DNA of 64,000 bases from an uncultured Thermoleophilia bacterium (GCA_963702475.1 CAVPCT010000004.1:288001-352000); one strand, 5' to 3'. Shown: positions 27,462-38,725, counted from the first letter of the stretch. Notes: generated from the sequence alone by a model not told the origin. Numbers and translations are program-made.

Positions 27462-28606
27462 CCGCCCTGCGGACCTTCAGGCTGGAGGAGTACCTGGGCG
27501 CGTGGGAGTTCAAGGCGAGGTACCATCTCACGGCCTCGGACGCGCAGACCATGACGGTGGAAGACCTGCTTGCTCTGGGTGGCGACGCCGCGCGCGAGGC
27601 GTTCATGGCGTTGCCGCTCTCGTACACCGAGACCTGGGGCGGGAGAGAGGTCCGCGAGGCCATCGCTTCAAGCTACGAGCATGTGGACGAGGACTGCATC
27701 CTGACCTTCGCCGGCGCGGAGGAGGCGCTCTTCTGGGCCATGCAGGAGCTCGTCGGGCCGGGCGACCACGCGCTGGTCGCGGTGCCCTGTTACCAGTCGA
27801 TGGAGACCGTCACGCTCGCGACCGGCGCCGAGGTGACGCCACTGCTCCTGCGCCCCGAGAACGGCTGGGCGCTCGATATCCAGGAGGTCCACAGGCTCCT
27901 TCGCCCCAACACCAGGCTCATCGCCGTCAACTACCCGCACAATCCGACCGGCTACGTTCCCGATGAAGTGGACTTCTGCGAGCTGGCGGCGCTCTGCGAG
28001 GTGCGTGACATCCGACTGTTCTGCGACGAGGTCTACCGTGGCGTGGAGCTGGACCCCAACGTCACCATCTCGCAGGCCGCCGACATCTCTGAGACGGCGT
28101 TGTCGCTCAACGTGGTCTCCAAGTCCTACGGCCTGCCGGGTCTGCGCGTCGGGTGGCTGGCCTGCCGCGACCGCGACCTGCTCGCCCGCCTCGAGAAGCG
28201 CAAGCACTACACCACCATCTGCAACGCCGCGCCGGCCGAGTTCCTGGCGACCGTCGCCCTGCGGAACCGGGAGCGCATCTGGGAGCGCAACCGCGGCATC
28301 ATCGCCGCCAACGTGCCGCTGTTCGACGACTTCTTCGGGCGCTGGGCCGACGACATCGAATGGCAGCCTCCCATGGGCGGCTGCGTGTGCTTCCCGAGGT
28401 ACCGGGCGGGCGACGTGGAGGACTTCTGCGCCCGCCTGCTCGACGAAGAAGGCGTGCTGGTGCTGCCGGCGAGCATCTACCGCTCGGAGATCGCCGATGC
28501 GCCTGCGGACCGCTTCCGCGTAGGCATCGGCCGGCTCGGCCTCGACGAGGGCCTGGAGGCGTTCGACCGGTTCATGCGCAGGCACGCGGGCCACTCGCCG
28601 ACCTGA
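27458..28606 (+). CDS. PLP-dependent class I/II aminotransferase
   Basis: FRLEEY, NYPHNPTG, CDEVY, SKSYGLPGLRVGW. Confidence 0.9.
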   Translation: MTALRTFRLEEYLGAWEFKARYHLTASDAQTMTVEDLLALGGDAAREAFMALPLSYTETWGGREVREAIASSYEHVDEDCILTFAGAEEALFWAMQELVGPGDHALVAVPCYQSMETVTLATGAEVTPLLLRPENGWALDIQEVHRLLRPNTRLIAVNYPHNPTGYVPDEVDFCELAALCEVRDIRLFCDEVYRGVELDPNVTISQAADISETALSLNVVSKSYGLPGLRVGWLACRDRDLLARLEKRKHYTTICNAAPAEFLATVALRNRERIWERNRGIIAANVPLFDDFFGRWADDIEWQPPMGGCVCFPRYRAGDVEDFCARLLDEEGVLVLPASIYRSEIADAPADRFRVGIGRLGLDEGLEAFDRFMRRHAGHSPT

Positions 28607-28752
28607 CCTCGCGCCGCCGCCCGGCTCGCCGGCGCCGCCGCCGGGCCCGGGCCGCCTGTCCCCTCGGTCCCGCCCCAGTCCGTCGCCCCCGTCCTGCCGC
28701 CCGGGTGTACACTGGGCGCCTCGCCGCACGCTCCGTGACGCTCACACGACGC

Positions 28753-28781
28753 TGTAACTTCTCCCGCGATGACGCCGTCTA
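28753..28781 (+). promoter_or_regulatory. Putative ECF-sigma promoter (TGTAAC-N17-CGTCTA)
   Basis: AAC / CGT bipartite ECF-type motif at the 5' end of the ECF sigma gene. Confidence 0.55.
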
Positions 28782-29416
28782 ACCCCCACAAGTGGGCTTC
28801 TCTGCCCGACCCGTCCCCCGCCGACCTGGCTCGGGCCGCGAGCGGCGACGCCCAGGCGTTCACCCTTATCGTGGAGCGGTACCAAGGCATGGTCTACTCG
28901 GTGGCCTACAACGTGCTCGGCAATCACACCGACGCCGAAGACGCGGCGCAGGAGGCCTTTCTGCGCTGCTACCGCAAGCTGCCGCAATACCGCGGCGAGG
29001 CCAGCTTCAGCACCTGGCTGTTCCGCCTCGCGCTCACGGCGGCGGTCGATTACCGGCGTCGCGAGAAGTCACGCCCGGAGCCGGTGGACGTGCCCGAGGT
29101 GTCCGGCGACGCCGCGGCAGAGCTCGGTCAGGCCCTCGACGCGGCCACCATCGTGGCCGCGCTCGCCGACCTGCCCGAGGACTACCGCGTCCCCACCGTG
29201 CTGCGCGACGTCTACGGCCTGCCCTACCAGGAGATCGCCGGCATCACCGGACGGCCTCTCGGTACCGTCAAGGTCATGGTGCACCGCGGGCGGGCGTCGC
29301 TGCGCCTCAAGCTGCGCGCCGGCGGGGCGCAGGCCGGCCCTGGTGTCGCCCGGCCGGCCGATCGCGCGCCGCGCCCGCCCTCGCCCGATCGGTCCAGCCC
29401 GCGAGAGGACGCCTGA
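28769..29416 (+). CDS. ECF RNA polymerase sigma factor
   Basis: GDAQAF..IVERY, DAEDAAQEAFL, FSTWLFR, YQEIA...PLGTVK..HRGR. True start may be slightly downstream. Confidence 0.92.
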   Translation: MTPSNPHKWASLPDPSPADLARAASGDAQAFTLIVERYQGMVYSVAYNVLGNHTDAEDAAQEAFLRCYRKLPQYRGEASFSTWLFRLALTAAVDYRRREKSRPEPVDVPEVSGDAAAELGQALDAATIVAALADLPEDYRVPTVLRDVYGLPYQEIAGITGRPLGTVKVMVHRGRASLRLKLRAGGAQAGPGVARPADRAPRPPSPDRSSPREDA

Positions 29417-29848
29417 ATGGACTGCAGCTACTTCCGCGAGCGCATCAACGAGTACGTGGACGGCGAGCTGGGCTACCTCGAGGTGGCCGAGCTCCAGGCC
29501 CACCTCAGCTTCTGCCCCGAGTGCGCCGCCGAGCTCGGCCAGGTGGGCGCGGTGCGCGGCGCGCTCGCCGGGTGGGGCCGGCTCGAGCTGGCGCCGCCGC
29601 CCGGATTCGCGCAGCGCCTCATGGCGGCGGTCGAGCGCGAGCCGGCGCCCGGCTCGCCGAGGCCCTTCGGGCAGCTCGTCGAGGACGTGCTCCAGAAGCT
29701 CGACGACGCCCTCGGGGCCGTCCCGCTGCCCGGCGGCCGCACCATCCCCGTCAAGAACCTCATCGGCTGGGGGCTGGCCACCACCGCCGTCATCATCGGC
29801 ATCGAGAGCGCACACGGCCGCCGCTCGAGGGAGCTGAAGCCGCTGTGA
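29417..29848 (+). CDS. Anti-sigma factor, zf-HC2 (ZAS)
   Basis: MDC...YVDGEL...HLSFCPEC; C-terminal hydrophobic helix. Confidence 0.88.
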   Translation: MDCSYFRERINEYVDGELGYLEVAELQAHLSFCPECAAELGQVGAVRGALAGWGRLELAPPPGFAQRLMAAVEREPAPGSPRPFGQLVEDVLQKLDDALGAVPLPGGRTIPVKNLIGWGLATTAVIIGIESAHGRRSRELKPL

Positions 29849-30327
29849 AGCTCGACCGCGCCCAGATAGAGGTGCTGTTGCCCCACCGCCCGCCGTTCCT
29901 GCTCGTGGATGAGGTCGTGGACGGCGAGCCCGGCGTGCGCTGCGTAGCGCTGCGCACGCTCAGGGACGAGGACTTCTGGTTCGCCGGGCACTTCCCCGAT
30001 AACCCGGTGATGCCCGGCGTTCTCATCGTCGAGGCCTTGGCGCAGGCGGCCACCATCGCCGCGGCCAGCGCCGCCCTCGAGGGCGGCGGCGAGGCGGCGA
30101 TGGCCGGCAAGATCGGCCTGTTCGCCGGCATCGACAAGGTGCGTTTCAAACGCGTCGTGAAGCCCGGCGACACCCTGCGTCTGGAGGCCGAGATCATCGT
30201 GTCCCGCGGTCCGGTCGGCAAGGCCGCCGTCAAGGCCACGGTCGCCGGCGATCTGGCGTGCCGCGGCGAGCTCATGTTCGCCATCGTCGACGCATCGGCC
30301 ATCGCCGCCGGTGAGGCCAGGCTGTGA
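29845..30327 (+). CDS. fabZ: 3-hydroxyacyl-ACP dehydratase
   Basis: LPHRPPFLLVD, GHFP..PVMPGVLIVEALAQ, VRFKRVV.PGD. Confidence 0.93.
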   Translation: MKLDRAQIEVLLPHRPPFLLVDEVVDGEPGVRCVALRTLRDEDFWFAGHFPDNPVMPGVLIVEALAQAATIAAASAALEGGGEAAMAGKIGLFAGIDKVRFKRVVKPGDTLRLEAEIIVSRGPVGKAAVKATVAGDLACRGELMFAIVDASAIAAGEARL

Positions 30328-31331
30328 TCGGCCTCCGCCGCGGTCTCGTACGCGGCGCGCGCATCAGCGCCCTGGGCGTGCACGTGCCCGAGCGCGTGAT
30401 GACCAATGCCGAGATCAGCACGTTCCTCGACACGTCCGACGAGTGGATCAGCACGCGCACCGGCATCCGCGAGCGTCGCATCGCGGCGCCTGACGAGGCT
30501 GCGAGCGACCTCGGGGACGTCGCCGCCCGCCGCTGCCTCGCGTCGGGCGGGCTCGATCCGGCGGAGCTCGACCTCGTCATCGTCACGACCATCTCGCCCG
30601 ACCACATCATGCCGGCAACGGCCTCGATCCTGGCGCACAAGATCGGCGCCACCAAGGCCGGCGCCTTCGACGTGCAGGCCGGCTGTACCGGCTTCGTGTA
30701 CGGCCTCGCCATCGCCACGGCGTTCGTGTCGGCCAACATCTACACGAACGTCCTCGTCGTTGGCGCAGAGGTCCTCAGCAAGATGGTCGACTGGACCGAC
30801 CGCAGTACCTGTGTGCTGTTCGGCGACGGCGCCGGCGCCGTGCTGGTGCAGCCCACCGACAACGGCAGCATCTTCAGCTTCGACCTGGGCAACGACGGCA
30901 GCGGCGCCCCCAACCTGCTCGTGCCGGCCGGCGGCAGCCGCATGCCGGCCACGTTCGAGACGGTGCGTGATCACGAACACGCGATGCACATGACCGGCAG
31001 CGAGGTGTTCAAGTTCGCCACGCGCACGGTGGCCGAGTCGTGCAAGAAGGTCCTCGACGACGCCGACATCACGGTCGAGGATGTCGACCTCTTCGTCCCG
31101 CACCAGGCCAACATCCGCATCATCGAGTCGGCCTCGCGCCGGCTCGGCATGCGCGAGGGCCAGGTGTTCGCGAACCTCGACCGCTACGGCAACACGTCGT
31201 GCGCGTCCATCCCCATCTGCCTGCACGAGGCCAGCGAGAGCGGCCGCCTCAAGAAGGGCGACACGCTGCTGCTCGCCGGATTCGGCGCCGGGCTCACATG
31301 GGGATCCTGCCTGACCAAGTGGGAGCTGTGA
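30324..31331 (+). CDS. fabH: Beta-ketoacyl-ACP synthase III
   Basis: DTSDEWI..RTGI, AGCTGF, PHQAN, GNTS, GFGAGLTWG. Confidence 0.95.
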   Translation: MIGLRRGLVRGARISALGVHVPERVMTNAEISTFLDTSDEWISTRTGIRERRIAAPDEAASDLGDVAARRCLASGGLDPAELDLVIVTTISPDHIMPATASILAHKIGATKAGAFDVQAGCTGFVYGLAIATAFVSANIYTNVLVVGAEVLSKMVDWTDRSTCVLFGDGAGAVLVQPTDNGSIFSFDLGNDGSGAPNLLVPAGGSRMPATFETVRDHEHAMHMTGSEVFKFATRTVAESCKKVLDDADITVEDVDLFVPHQANIRIIESASRRLGMREGQVFANLDRYGNTSCASIPICLHEASESGRLKKGDTLLLAGFGAGLTWGSCLTKWEL

Positions 31332-31410
31332 GGCGTCCCGGCGGGCGCACCCGTCCACGTTTCCGGGTAAGCAGGGTGAGGCACACATCGGCAACGTCCG
31401 GGAGGACGTC

Positions 31411-32339
31411 ATGAAGAAGCTCGCACTCATGTTCCCAGGCCAAGGGTCGCAGACCATCGGCATGGGCTGCGACCTGTGCGCCGCGTACCCGCAGATGCGG
31501 GAGACCTACGCCGACGCGTCGGACGTGCTGGAGTTCGACCTCGAGAGCATCTGCGCGGCGGGCCCGGCGGAGCGCCTGGCCCGCACCGACGTCACACAGC
31601 CGGCCCTTCTGGCCAACTCCATCGGCATCTTCCGCATCCTCAAGGAAGAGGGCCTTCGTTTCGACGCCGCCTTCGGCCACAGCCTCGGCGAGTACTCCGC
31701 GCTCGTTGCGACCGGCGCCATCTCGTTCGAGGACGGGCTGCGGCTGGTCAGGCGGCGCGGCCAGGAGATGCTGCGCGCCGCCGCAGCCGACCCCGGCGGC
31801 ATGGCCGCCGTCATCGGCCTCACCGACGACGAAGTCGAGGCCGTGTGCGCCGCTCTCGAGGGCGTCTGGCCGGCGAACTTCAACAGCCCCGGCCAGGTGG
31901 TGGTGAGCGGCGGCGCGGCGGCGCTGGATGCGTTCACCACCGCCGCCAAGGAGGCCGGCGCCCGCAAGGTCATCCCGCTGGTCGTGAGCGGCGCCTTTCA
32001 TTCGCCCCTCATCGCGAGCGCCCAGGCGTCGCTGCGCGCCGAGCTCGAGGCCACCGAGTGGGCCACGCCGGACCCGGCGTTCTTCTCTGTCAGCGAGGTC
32101 GAGTTCGTCGACGGCGGCTTCGTCGAGGTGCTCGCTCGGCAGCTCGTGGCGCCGGTGCGTTTCACGCAGGCTGTCACTGCTCTATACCAGAAGGGTTATG
32201 ATTCGTTCCTTGAGGTCGGCCCGGGCAGCGTGCTCAGCGGCCTCGTGCGGCGCATCACCCCTGAGGCGTCGGTGGCGCGAGCCTCCGACCTCGACTCTAT
32301 CGGGGCGCTCCGCGACGACGCAGAGTACTGGGAGGTCGC

Positions 32340-32343
<4 letters not shown>
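31411..32343 (+). CDS. fabD: Malonyl-CoA:ACP transacylase
   Basis: FPGQGSQ, TQPA, GHSLGEY, SGAFHS. Confidence 0.95.
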
Positions 32344-33095
<752 letters not shown>

Positions 33096-33112
33096 CCACG
33101 GACGGGACGGGT

Positions 33113-34357
33113 ATGACAGCACAGCGCAGAGTCGTCGTCACGGGTCTCGGGGTCGTCACCCCGCTGGGCAACGACGTGGACAGCTTCTGGCGGCGCCTCG
33201 TGTCCGGCGCGTCGGGCGTGGGGGAGATCACCCGCTTCGACCACTCCGACCACAAGGTGCACATCGCCGCCGAGGTCAAGGACTTCGACCCGGAGCGGTA
33301 CATCGACAAGCGCAAGGTGCGCCGCCTCGACCTGTTCTCGCGGTACGCGGTCGCGGCCGCCAAGATGGCCGCCGAGGACGCGGCCGTGGACGTTCAGGCC
33401 GAGCCGGACCGCGTCGGCGCCGTGGTCGGCAGTGGCGTCGGCGGCCTGCAGACGCTGCAGAGCGAGATCGAGAATCTCATCGAGAAGGGGCCGGACCGCA
33501 CCAACCCGCTGCTCGTGCCGATGATGATCCCCAACATGGGGGCGGCGCACGTCTCGCTGGAGCTGGGCTCCACTGGGCCTCTGAGCTCCACCTGCACGGC
33601 GTGCGCCGCCGGCTCGGACGCCATCGGCTACGCCGCGCGCATAATCCGCAGCGGCGACGCCGACGTCATGTTCGCCGGCGGCAGCGAGGCGCCGATCAGC
33701 CCCGTGGGCGTGGCCGGCTTTGCCGCCGCCCGCGCCTTGAGCCTCCGCAATGACGACCCGGCCGGTGCGTCGCGTCCCTTCGACGCCGGCCGCGACGGCT
33801 TCGTGATCGGCGAGGGCGCCGGCTGCCTCGTGCTCGAGGAGCTCGAGCACGCCCAGGCCCGCGGCGCCCGCATCTACGCCGAGCTGGCCGGGGCCGGCAT
33901 GAGCTCGGACGCTTTTCATATGACGCTTCCCGACGAGAGCGGCCAGTCGCAGGCGCGCGCCATCACCATGGCGCTCAAGCAGGCCGGGCTCCGGCCGGCA
34001 GACGTCGACTACATCAACGCCCATGGCACCGCCACCTCCGCCGGCGATGTCGCCGAGACCCGGGCCATCAAGAAGGCGCTCGGCGACCACGCGGCCAGGG
34101 TCCCCGTGTCGTCGAACAAGTCCATGATCGGCCACTGCCTGGGCGCCGCCGGCGCCATCGAGGCCGTGGCTACCGTGCTCACGATCGTCAACAGCCTGAT
34201 CCCGCCGACCGTCAATCTCACCGATCCGGACCCCGAGTGCGACCTGGACTACGTGCCGGGCGAGTCGCGGTTCGGGCGGGTGGACGTGGCCGCGAGCAAC
34301 AGCTTCGGTTTCGGCGGCCACGACGTCGCGCTGGTCTTCAGCCGTCACGACGGCTGA
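33113..34357 (+). CDS. fabF: Beta-ketoacyl-ACP synthase II
   Basis: RRVVVTGLG, TACAAG, YINAHGT, KSMIGHCLGA, SNSFGFGG. Confidence 0.95.
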   Translation: MTAQRRVVVTGLGVVTPLGNDVDSFWRRLVSGASGVGEITRFDHSDHKVHIAAEVKDFDPERYIDKRKVRRLDLFSRYAVAAAKMAAEDAAVDVQAEPDRVGAVVGSGVGGLQTLQSEIENLIEKGPDRTNPLLVPMMIPNMGAAHVSLELGSTGPLSSTCTACAAGSDAIGYAARIIRSGDADVMFAGGSEAPISPVGVAGFAAARALSLRNDDPAGASRPFDAGRDGFVIGEGAGCLVLEELEHAQARGARIYAELAGAGMSSDAFHMTLPDESGQSQARAITMALKQAGLRPADVDYINAHGTATSAGDVAETRAIKKALGDHAARVPVSSNKSMIGHCLGAAGAIEAVATVLTIVNSLIPPTVNLTDPDPECDLDYVPGESRFGRVDVAASNSFGFGGHDVALVFSRHDG

Positions 34358-34400
34358 GGCGCGCGCTTCCCGAGCCAAACCGAGGGCCGAGGGCCCCTTC

Positions 34401-35402
34401 ATGAACGTCACCGTCGAGATAGAACGCCGCGACAGCGGCCCCGCCAAGCCGGAGTGGGTCTGCCCGTCCTGCAAGGGCGAGGCGCCACTGGCCGAGGTGC
34501 GCGCCAACCTCATGGTGTGCCCGCAGTGCTTCCACCACCTGCGCATCGGGGCACGCGAGCGCATCCGCCAGTTGGTCGACGCCGACACCTTCCGCGAGCT
34601 GTGGTCCGGCCTCCTGCCCAGAGACCCGCTCGGCTTCGTGGACCTCGAGACGTACCCCGAGCGGGTGCGCGAGGCACAAGCGAAGACCGGGCTCACCGAG
34701 GGCATCGTCACGGGCACGGCCGAGATCGACGGTACTCCGTGTGTGCTGGCCGTGATGGACTTCGACTTCCTGGGCGGCAGCATGGGCAGCGTGGTCGGCG
34801 AGAAGCTGTGGCGGGCCAGTGAGCTCGCCGCGAGCGAGGACCTGCCGCTGGTGGCTGTGTGCACCTCGGGCGGTGCGCGCATGCAGGAGGGCATCCTCAG
34901 CCTGATGCAGATGGCCAAGACCACCTGCGCCGTGGATGTCATCAACGAGGCCACGTCGCCGTTCGTCACGATCCTCACCGACCCGTGCACCGGCGGTGTG
35001 GTGGCGAGCTTCGCCTCGCTGGCCGACATCTGTATCGCCGAGCCGGGCGCGCGGCTGTACTTCACGGGGCCGCGCGTCATCCAGGAGACCACGCACGAAG
35101 AGCTGCCCGAGGGGTTCGGCAGCGCCGAGCGCAACCTGGTGCTGGGCCACCTCGACGCCGTGGTGCCGCGCAGGGACCTGCGCGTCAGGGTCGGCAACTA
35201 CCTGCGACTGCTGGGAGGAGGTGAGGAACCTGAGCGAGCTACCACAGCCGCCGGACGAGCGCGAGGCAAGGGTGGGCTGGCTGCGACAGCGCTTGAGCGA
35301 GCTAAAGCTCTTGCAGCGTATGCCCGGCGTTCATCTGAGCGAGGAGATCGAGAAGCTCCAGGCCAGGCTGAAGAGCCTCCAGCACGAGAACCGGAGGCAT
35401 GA
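34401..35402 (+). CDS. accD: Acetyl-CoA carboxylase carboxyltransferase beta
   Basis: W.CPSC...VCPQC Zn finger, FLGGSMG, SGGARMQEG, GPRVI. The 3' end overlaps accA by 182 nt (suspicious). Confidence 0.9.
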   Translation: MNVTVEIERRDSGPAKPEWVCPSCKGEAPLAEVRANLMVCPQCFHHLRIGARERIRQLVDADTFRELWSGLLPRDPLGFVDLETYPERVREAQAKTGLTEGIVTGTAEIDGTPCVLAVMDFDFLGGSMGSVVGEKLWRASELAASEDLPLVAVCTSGGARMQEGILSLMQMAKTTCAVDVINEATSPFVTILTDPCTGGVVASFASLADICIAEPGARLYFTGPRVIQETTHEELPEGFGSAERNLVLGHLDAVVPRRDLRVRVGNYLRLLGGGEEPERATTAAGRARGKGGLAATALERAKALAAYARRSSERGDREAPGQAEEPPAREPEA

Positions 35403-36243
35403 TGCCTGGCTGACCGTGGAGATCGCGCGGCACAAGGACAGGCCGCGCACACGCGACTACATCGGGCGCCTCATCGAGGGGTTCGAGGAGCTGCGCGGCG
35501 ATCGCCTGCGCGCCGACGACCCTGCCATCGTCGGCGGGCTCGGCTGGTTCGAGGGACGCGCTGTCATGGTGGTCGGCCACCAGAAGGGTCGCACCCTCGA
35601 CGAGCAGGAGCACCACAGCTGGGGCATGGCCAAGCCGGAGGGCTACCGCAAAGCGCAGCGCCTGTTCGCGCTCGCGGAACGGCACTTCCTCCCGGTGCTC
35701 ACCTTCGTCGACACGCCGGGCGCGTATCCGGGTGTGGCGGCGGAGGAGGGCGGCCAGGCGCGCGCCATCGCCGAGACCATGCTCAGGATGGCGCGCCTCA
35801 GCGTGCCCGTCGTCGCCACCGTAATCGGCGAGGGCGGGTCCGGCGGCGCTCTCGCCCTCGCGGTGGCCGACAGGGTCCTCATGCAGGAGAACGCCACCTA
35901 CTCCGTGATCACGCCTGAGGGCTGTGCCGCCATCCTGTGGCGCGACGCCGCCTTCGCGTCCCAGGCGGCCGAGGCGCTCAAGCCGACAGCGTCGCAGCTG
36001 CTGGAGCTGGGCGTGATCGACAAGGTGCTCGAGGAGCCCCGAGGCGGCGCCCACCACAATCCTGACGCCGCCGCCGGCGCCGTCGGCGCCGCGATCCACG
36101 AGGCGCTCAGCGAGCTGGCGCCGATCCCGCCCGACCAGCGCCGGCGCGTGCGCCGGCGCCGCTTCCAGGGTCTCGGCGACTGGGAGGACCCGGAAGCACC
36201 GCCCGGCTCTCTCTCGCTGTTCGGCGGGTACGCGGCTCCCTGA
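35221..36243 (+). CDS. accA: Acetyl-CoA carboxylase carboxyltransferase alpha
   Basis: GTG after GGAGGAG; ARHKDRP, GDR..DDPAIVGG, PEGYRKA, DTPGAYPG, GEGGSGGALA. Confidence 0.92.
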   Translation: MRNLSELPQPPDEREARVGWLRQRLSELKLLQRMPGVHLSEEIEKLQARLKSLQHENRRHDAWLTVEIARHKDRPRTRDYIGRLIEGFEELRGDRLRADDPAIVGGLGWFEGRAVMVVGHQKGRTLDEQEHHSWGMAKPEGYRKAQRLFALAERHFLPVLTFVDTPGAYPGVAAEEGGQARAIAETMLRMARLSVPVVATVIGEGGSGGALALAVADRVLMQENATYSVITPEGCAAILWRDAAFASQAAEALKPTASQLLELGVIDKVLEEPRGGAHHNPDAAAGAVGAAIHEALSELAPIPPDQRRRVRRRRFQGLGDWEDPEAPPGSLSLFGGYAAP

Positions 36244-36389
36244 CCGTCGCGGCCATCGACGTTGCCGGCCGGTGATCCTTCGTCCGTCGGGCCGCGTCAC
36301 CCTGCCGTCCGTTCCAGCCGCCCGCGCGCGTGCGGCGTCACGCCTCACCTACGGCGTCGCGCGCCCTGCAACCGGGTACGACTCTCATC

Positions 36390-37301
36390 GTGATGCCCCC
36401 CGTCATCATCGCCCAGCACCTGCACAAGCGCTACAAGGACTTCGTGGCCGTCCACGACGCCTCACTGGACGTCGAACAGGGCGAGATCTTCGGCCTGCTC
36501 GGCTCCAACGGGGCCGGCAAGACGACCACCGTCGAGATCCTGCAGGGTCTGCGCAAGGCGGACGGCGGCGAGGTGCGCGTGCTCGGCCTGGATCCCATGA
36601 CCCAGGCACGCGAGCTGCGCCGCCGCATCGGCTCCCAGCTGCAGCAGTCGGCCCTTCCCGACCACGTGCGCGTGGGCGAGGCGCTGGACCTGTTCTCCGC
36701 CATCATGCCGGGCGGTCGCGACTGGCGACACGTCATGGAGCAGTGGGGCCTGGCGGACAAGCGCAGGGATTCCTTCCACGGGCTCTCCGGCGGGCAGAAG
36801 CAGCGCCTGTTCATCGCTCTGGCCCTGGTCAACGACCCTGAGCTCGTGTTCCTCGACGAGATGACGACGGGCTTGGACCCCGCAGCGCGTCGTGTCGCCT
36901 GGGGTCTCGTGCGCACGGTGCGCGACATGGGCACCACCGTCGTCCTGGTCACGCACTTCATGGAAGAGGCGGAGCGGCTGTGCGACCGCATCGCGGTGAT
37001 GGACGCCGGCCGCATCGTCGCCGAGGGATCGCCATCGCAGCTCATCGCCGAGCACGCGAGATCGGTCACCGTCGTGTTCTCGACCGACGCGCCGGATGTG
37101 AGCTGGCTGGAGCACGCGCCGCACGCGGAGAAGGTGGCGCGGCACGGCGCACGCGTGGAGGTGCGAGGCCGCGGTCCGGTGCTCGCGCACGTCGCCGCGG
37201 CCCTCGTGGACCACGGCATCACGCCTCCCGACCTGCACGTGGACCAGCCTACGCTGGAGGACGTCTTCCTTCAGCTCACCGGCCACGCGATGGAGGAGTA
37301 G
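36390..37301 (+). CDS. ABC-2 type transporter ATP-binding protein
   Basis: GSNGAGKTT, LSGGQKQR, LDEMTTGLD, TLEDVF. Confidence 0.92.
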   Translation: MMPPVIIAQHLHKRYKDFVAVHDASLDVEQGEIFGLLGSNGAGKTTTVEILQGLRKADGGEVRVLGLDPMTQARELRRRIGSQLQQSALPDHVRVGEALDLFSAIMPGGRDWRHVMEQWGLADKRRDSFHGLSGGQKQRLFIALALVNDPELVFLDEMTTGLDPAARRVAWGLVRTVRDMGTTVVLVTHFMEEAERLCDRIAVMDAGRIVAEGSPSQLIAEHARSVTVVFSTDAPDVSWLEHAPHAEKVARHGARVEVRGRGPVLAHVAAALVDHGITPPDLHVDQPTLEDVFLQLTGHAMEE

Positions 37302-37305
37302 GCGC

Positions 37306-38079
37306 GTGAGTCAGTCCGCCTTGCGCAGAGCGCGCGTCCTGGTGCTGCTCAAGCTCACGTGGCTGGAGATCAAGCTGCTCGCGCGAGAACCGGTCACCCT
37401 GCTCTTCTCGTTCCTCTTCCCGATCCTGGTGCTCGTGCTGCTGGGGGGCATCTTCGGGGCCGAGCGCATGGATGAAGGCTCGTTCGCGGGCATCAAGATG
37501 ATGGACTGGTACGTGCCCGCGTACATCGGGCTGGTGATCGCCTCCATCGGAACGGTCTCACTGCCCGTGCACCTGGCGTCGTACCGGGAGAAGGGCGTCC
37601 TGCGTCGCTTCCGCGCGAGCGGTGTATCGGAGGCGGCTCTGCTGGGGTCCCAGCTGCTGGTGAGCCTGGGGGTGGCTCTCATCGGCGCCCTCATCATCAC
37701 CGTCGTCGGCATGGCTGCCTACGACGCCAGGGTGCCGGCGTCGCCCGGCGAGGTGGCGCTCGCCTACGTGGTCGGGATGTTCTGCTTCGCGGCCATCGGC
37801 GTGCTCCTCGCCTCGCTCGCGCCGACGGCCCGGGCCGCGCAGTCGATCGGCCTGCTTCTGTGGTTCGTCCTCCTGTTCGTCTCGGGAACGTCCGCTCCAC
37901 TCGACCGCCTGCCCGACTGGATGGTGACCGTGGGCAAGGCGCTGCCGCTGTACCACGTGGTGCTGACGCTGGTGGACCCCTGGGTGGGGCGCGGGACGAA
38001 CTGGGTACAGCTGGCGCTGGTTGCGGCCGTCGGTCTGGCGGCCACCTTGGTCAGCCTGCGGTTCTTCCGCTGGGACTAG
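37306..38079 (+). CDS. ABC-2 type transporter permease
   Basis: REP..LLF..FP, YREKGVLRR, 6 TMs, FFRWD. Confidence 0.88.
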   Translation: MSQSALRRARVLVLLKLTWLEIKLLAREPVTLLFSFLFPILVLVLLGGIFGAERMDEGSFAGIKMMDWYVPAYIGLVIASIGTVSLPVHLASYREKGVLRRFRASGVSEAALLGSQLLVSLGVALIGALIITVVGMAAYDARVPASPGEVALAYVVGMFCFAAIGVLLASLAPTARAAQSIGLLLWFVLLFVSGTSAPLDRLPDWMVTVGKALPLYHVVLTLVDPWVGRGTNWVQLALVAAVGLAATLVSLRFFRWD

Positions 38080-38083
38080 AGCG

Positions 38084-38719
38084 TCACAGCTCCTGAAGGA
38101 CCCCGAAGAGGCGCTGCTTGACGGCCGCCTGGATGCGCCGCAGCGCCGGGTCGCCGTACAACCACACCTGGCCGACCGGGTCGGCGCTGGTCACGATACT
38201 GCCGCCGCCCTCGGCGGGCACGACGGCAATGGGCACGAGCAGCGCCACGGGAGCCCGCGGGTCGAGCTCGAACGACTTCACGATCGCGGCCGGCGCGCCC
38301 ACGTGCAGAAGGACGTACTCGTCGGGCAGCCGCGCGTCGAGCTGCGGGCCCGCAAGGCGCGAGACGATGGTGAACTCCTTGTCCAGCAGCAACTCGGCCA
38401 GACGCGCCAGAGCCGTGCGCGGCGGCACCGACAGGGCTCTGGAGCGCCGCCAGGCGCCCATGGCTGCATGCTTGTCCGCGTCGTCCGGTCGCGGGTAGGT
38501 CGTCCGCAGGTACTCGAGGGCGTCGTCTGGGTCGGTGTGGACCTTGTCGCCGTCCTGCAGCACGGGGACGCCAGTCTGCCCCGAGACGGCGACCACCTCC
38601 GGTCGCTGCTCGCGGTCGGCGGCGACGTTGACGGCCGTGTAAGTGAGGCCCAACTCGGTCATGAGCTGGCGGATGCGATGCGAGTCGGGGCACCACTCGG
38701 TCTCGTACAGCGTGAGCAT
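38084..38719 (-). CDS. Glutaredoxin (CPDS) - DUF302-like fusion protein
   Basis: LYETEWCPDS, SGQTGVPVL.D; C-terminal domain ..LLVPIAV...SIVTSADPV. Confidence 0.72.
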   Translation of the reverse strand: MLTLYETEWCPDSHRIRQLMTELGLTYTAVNVAADREQRPEVVAVSGQTGVPVLQDGDKVHTDPDDALEYLRTTYPRPDDADKHAAMGAWRRSRALSVPPRTALARLAELLLDKEFTIVSRLAGPQLDARLPDEYVLLHVGAPAAIVKSFELDPRAPVALLVPIAVVPAEGGGSIVTSADPVGQVWLYGDPALRRIQAAVKQRLFGVLQEL

Positions 38720-38725
38720 GGGCCG

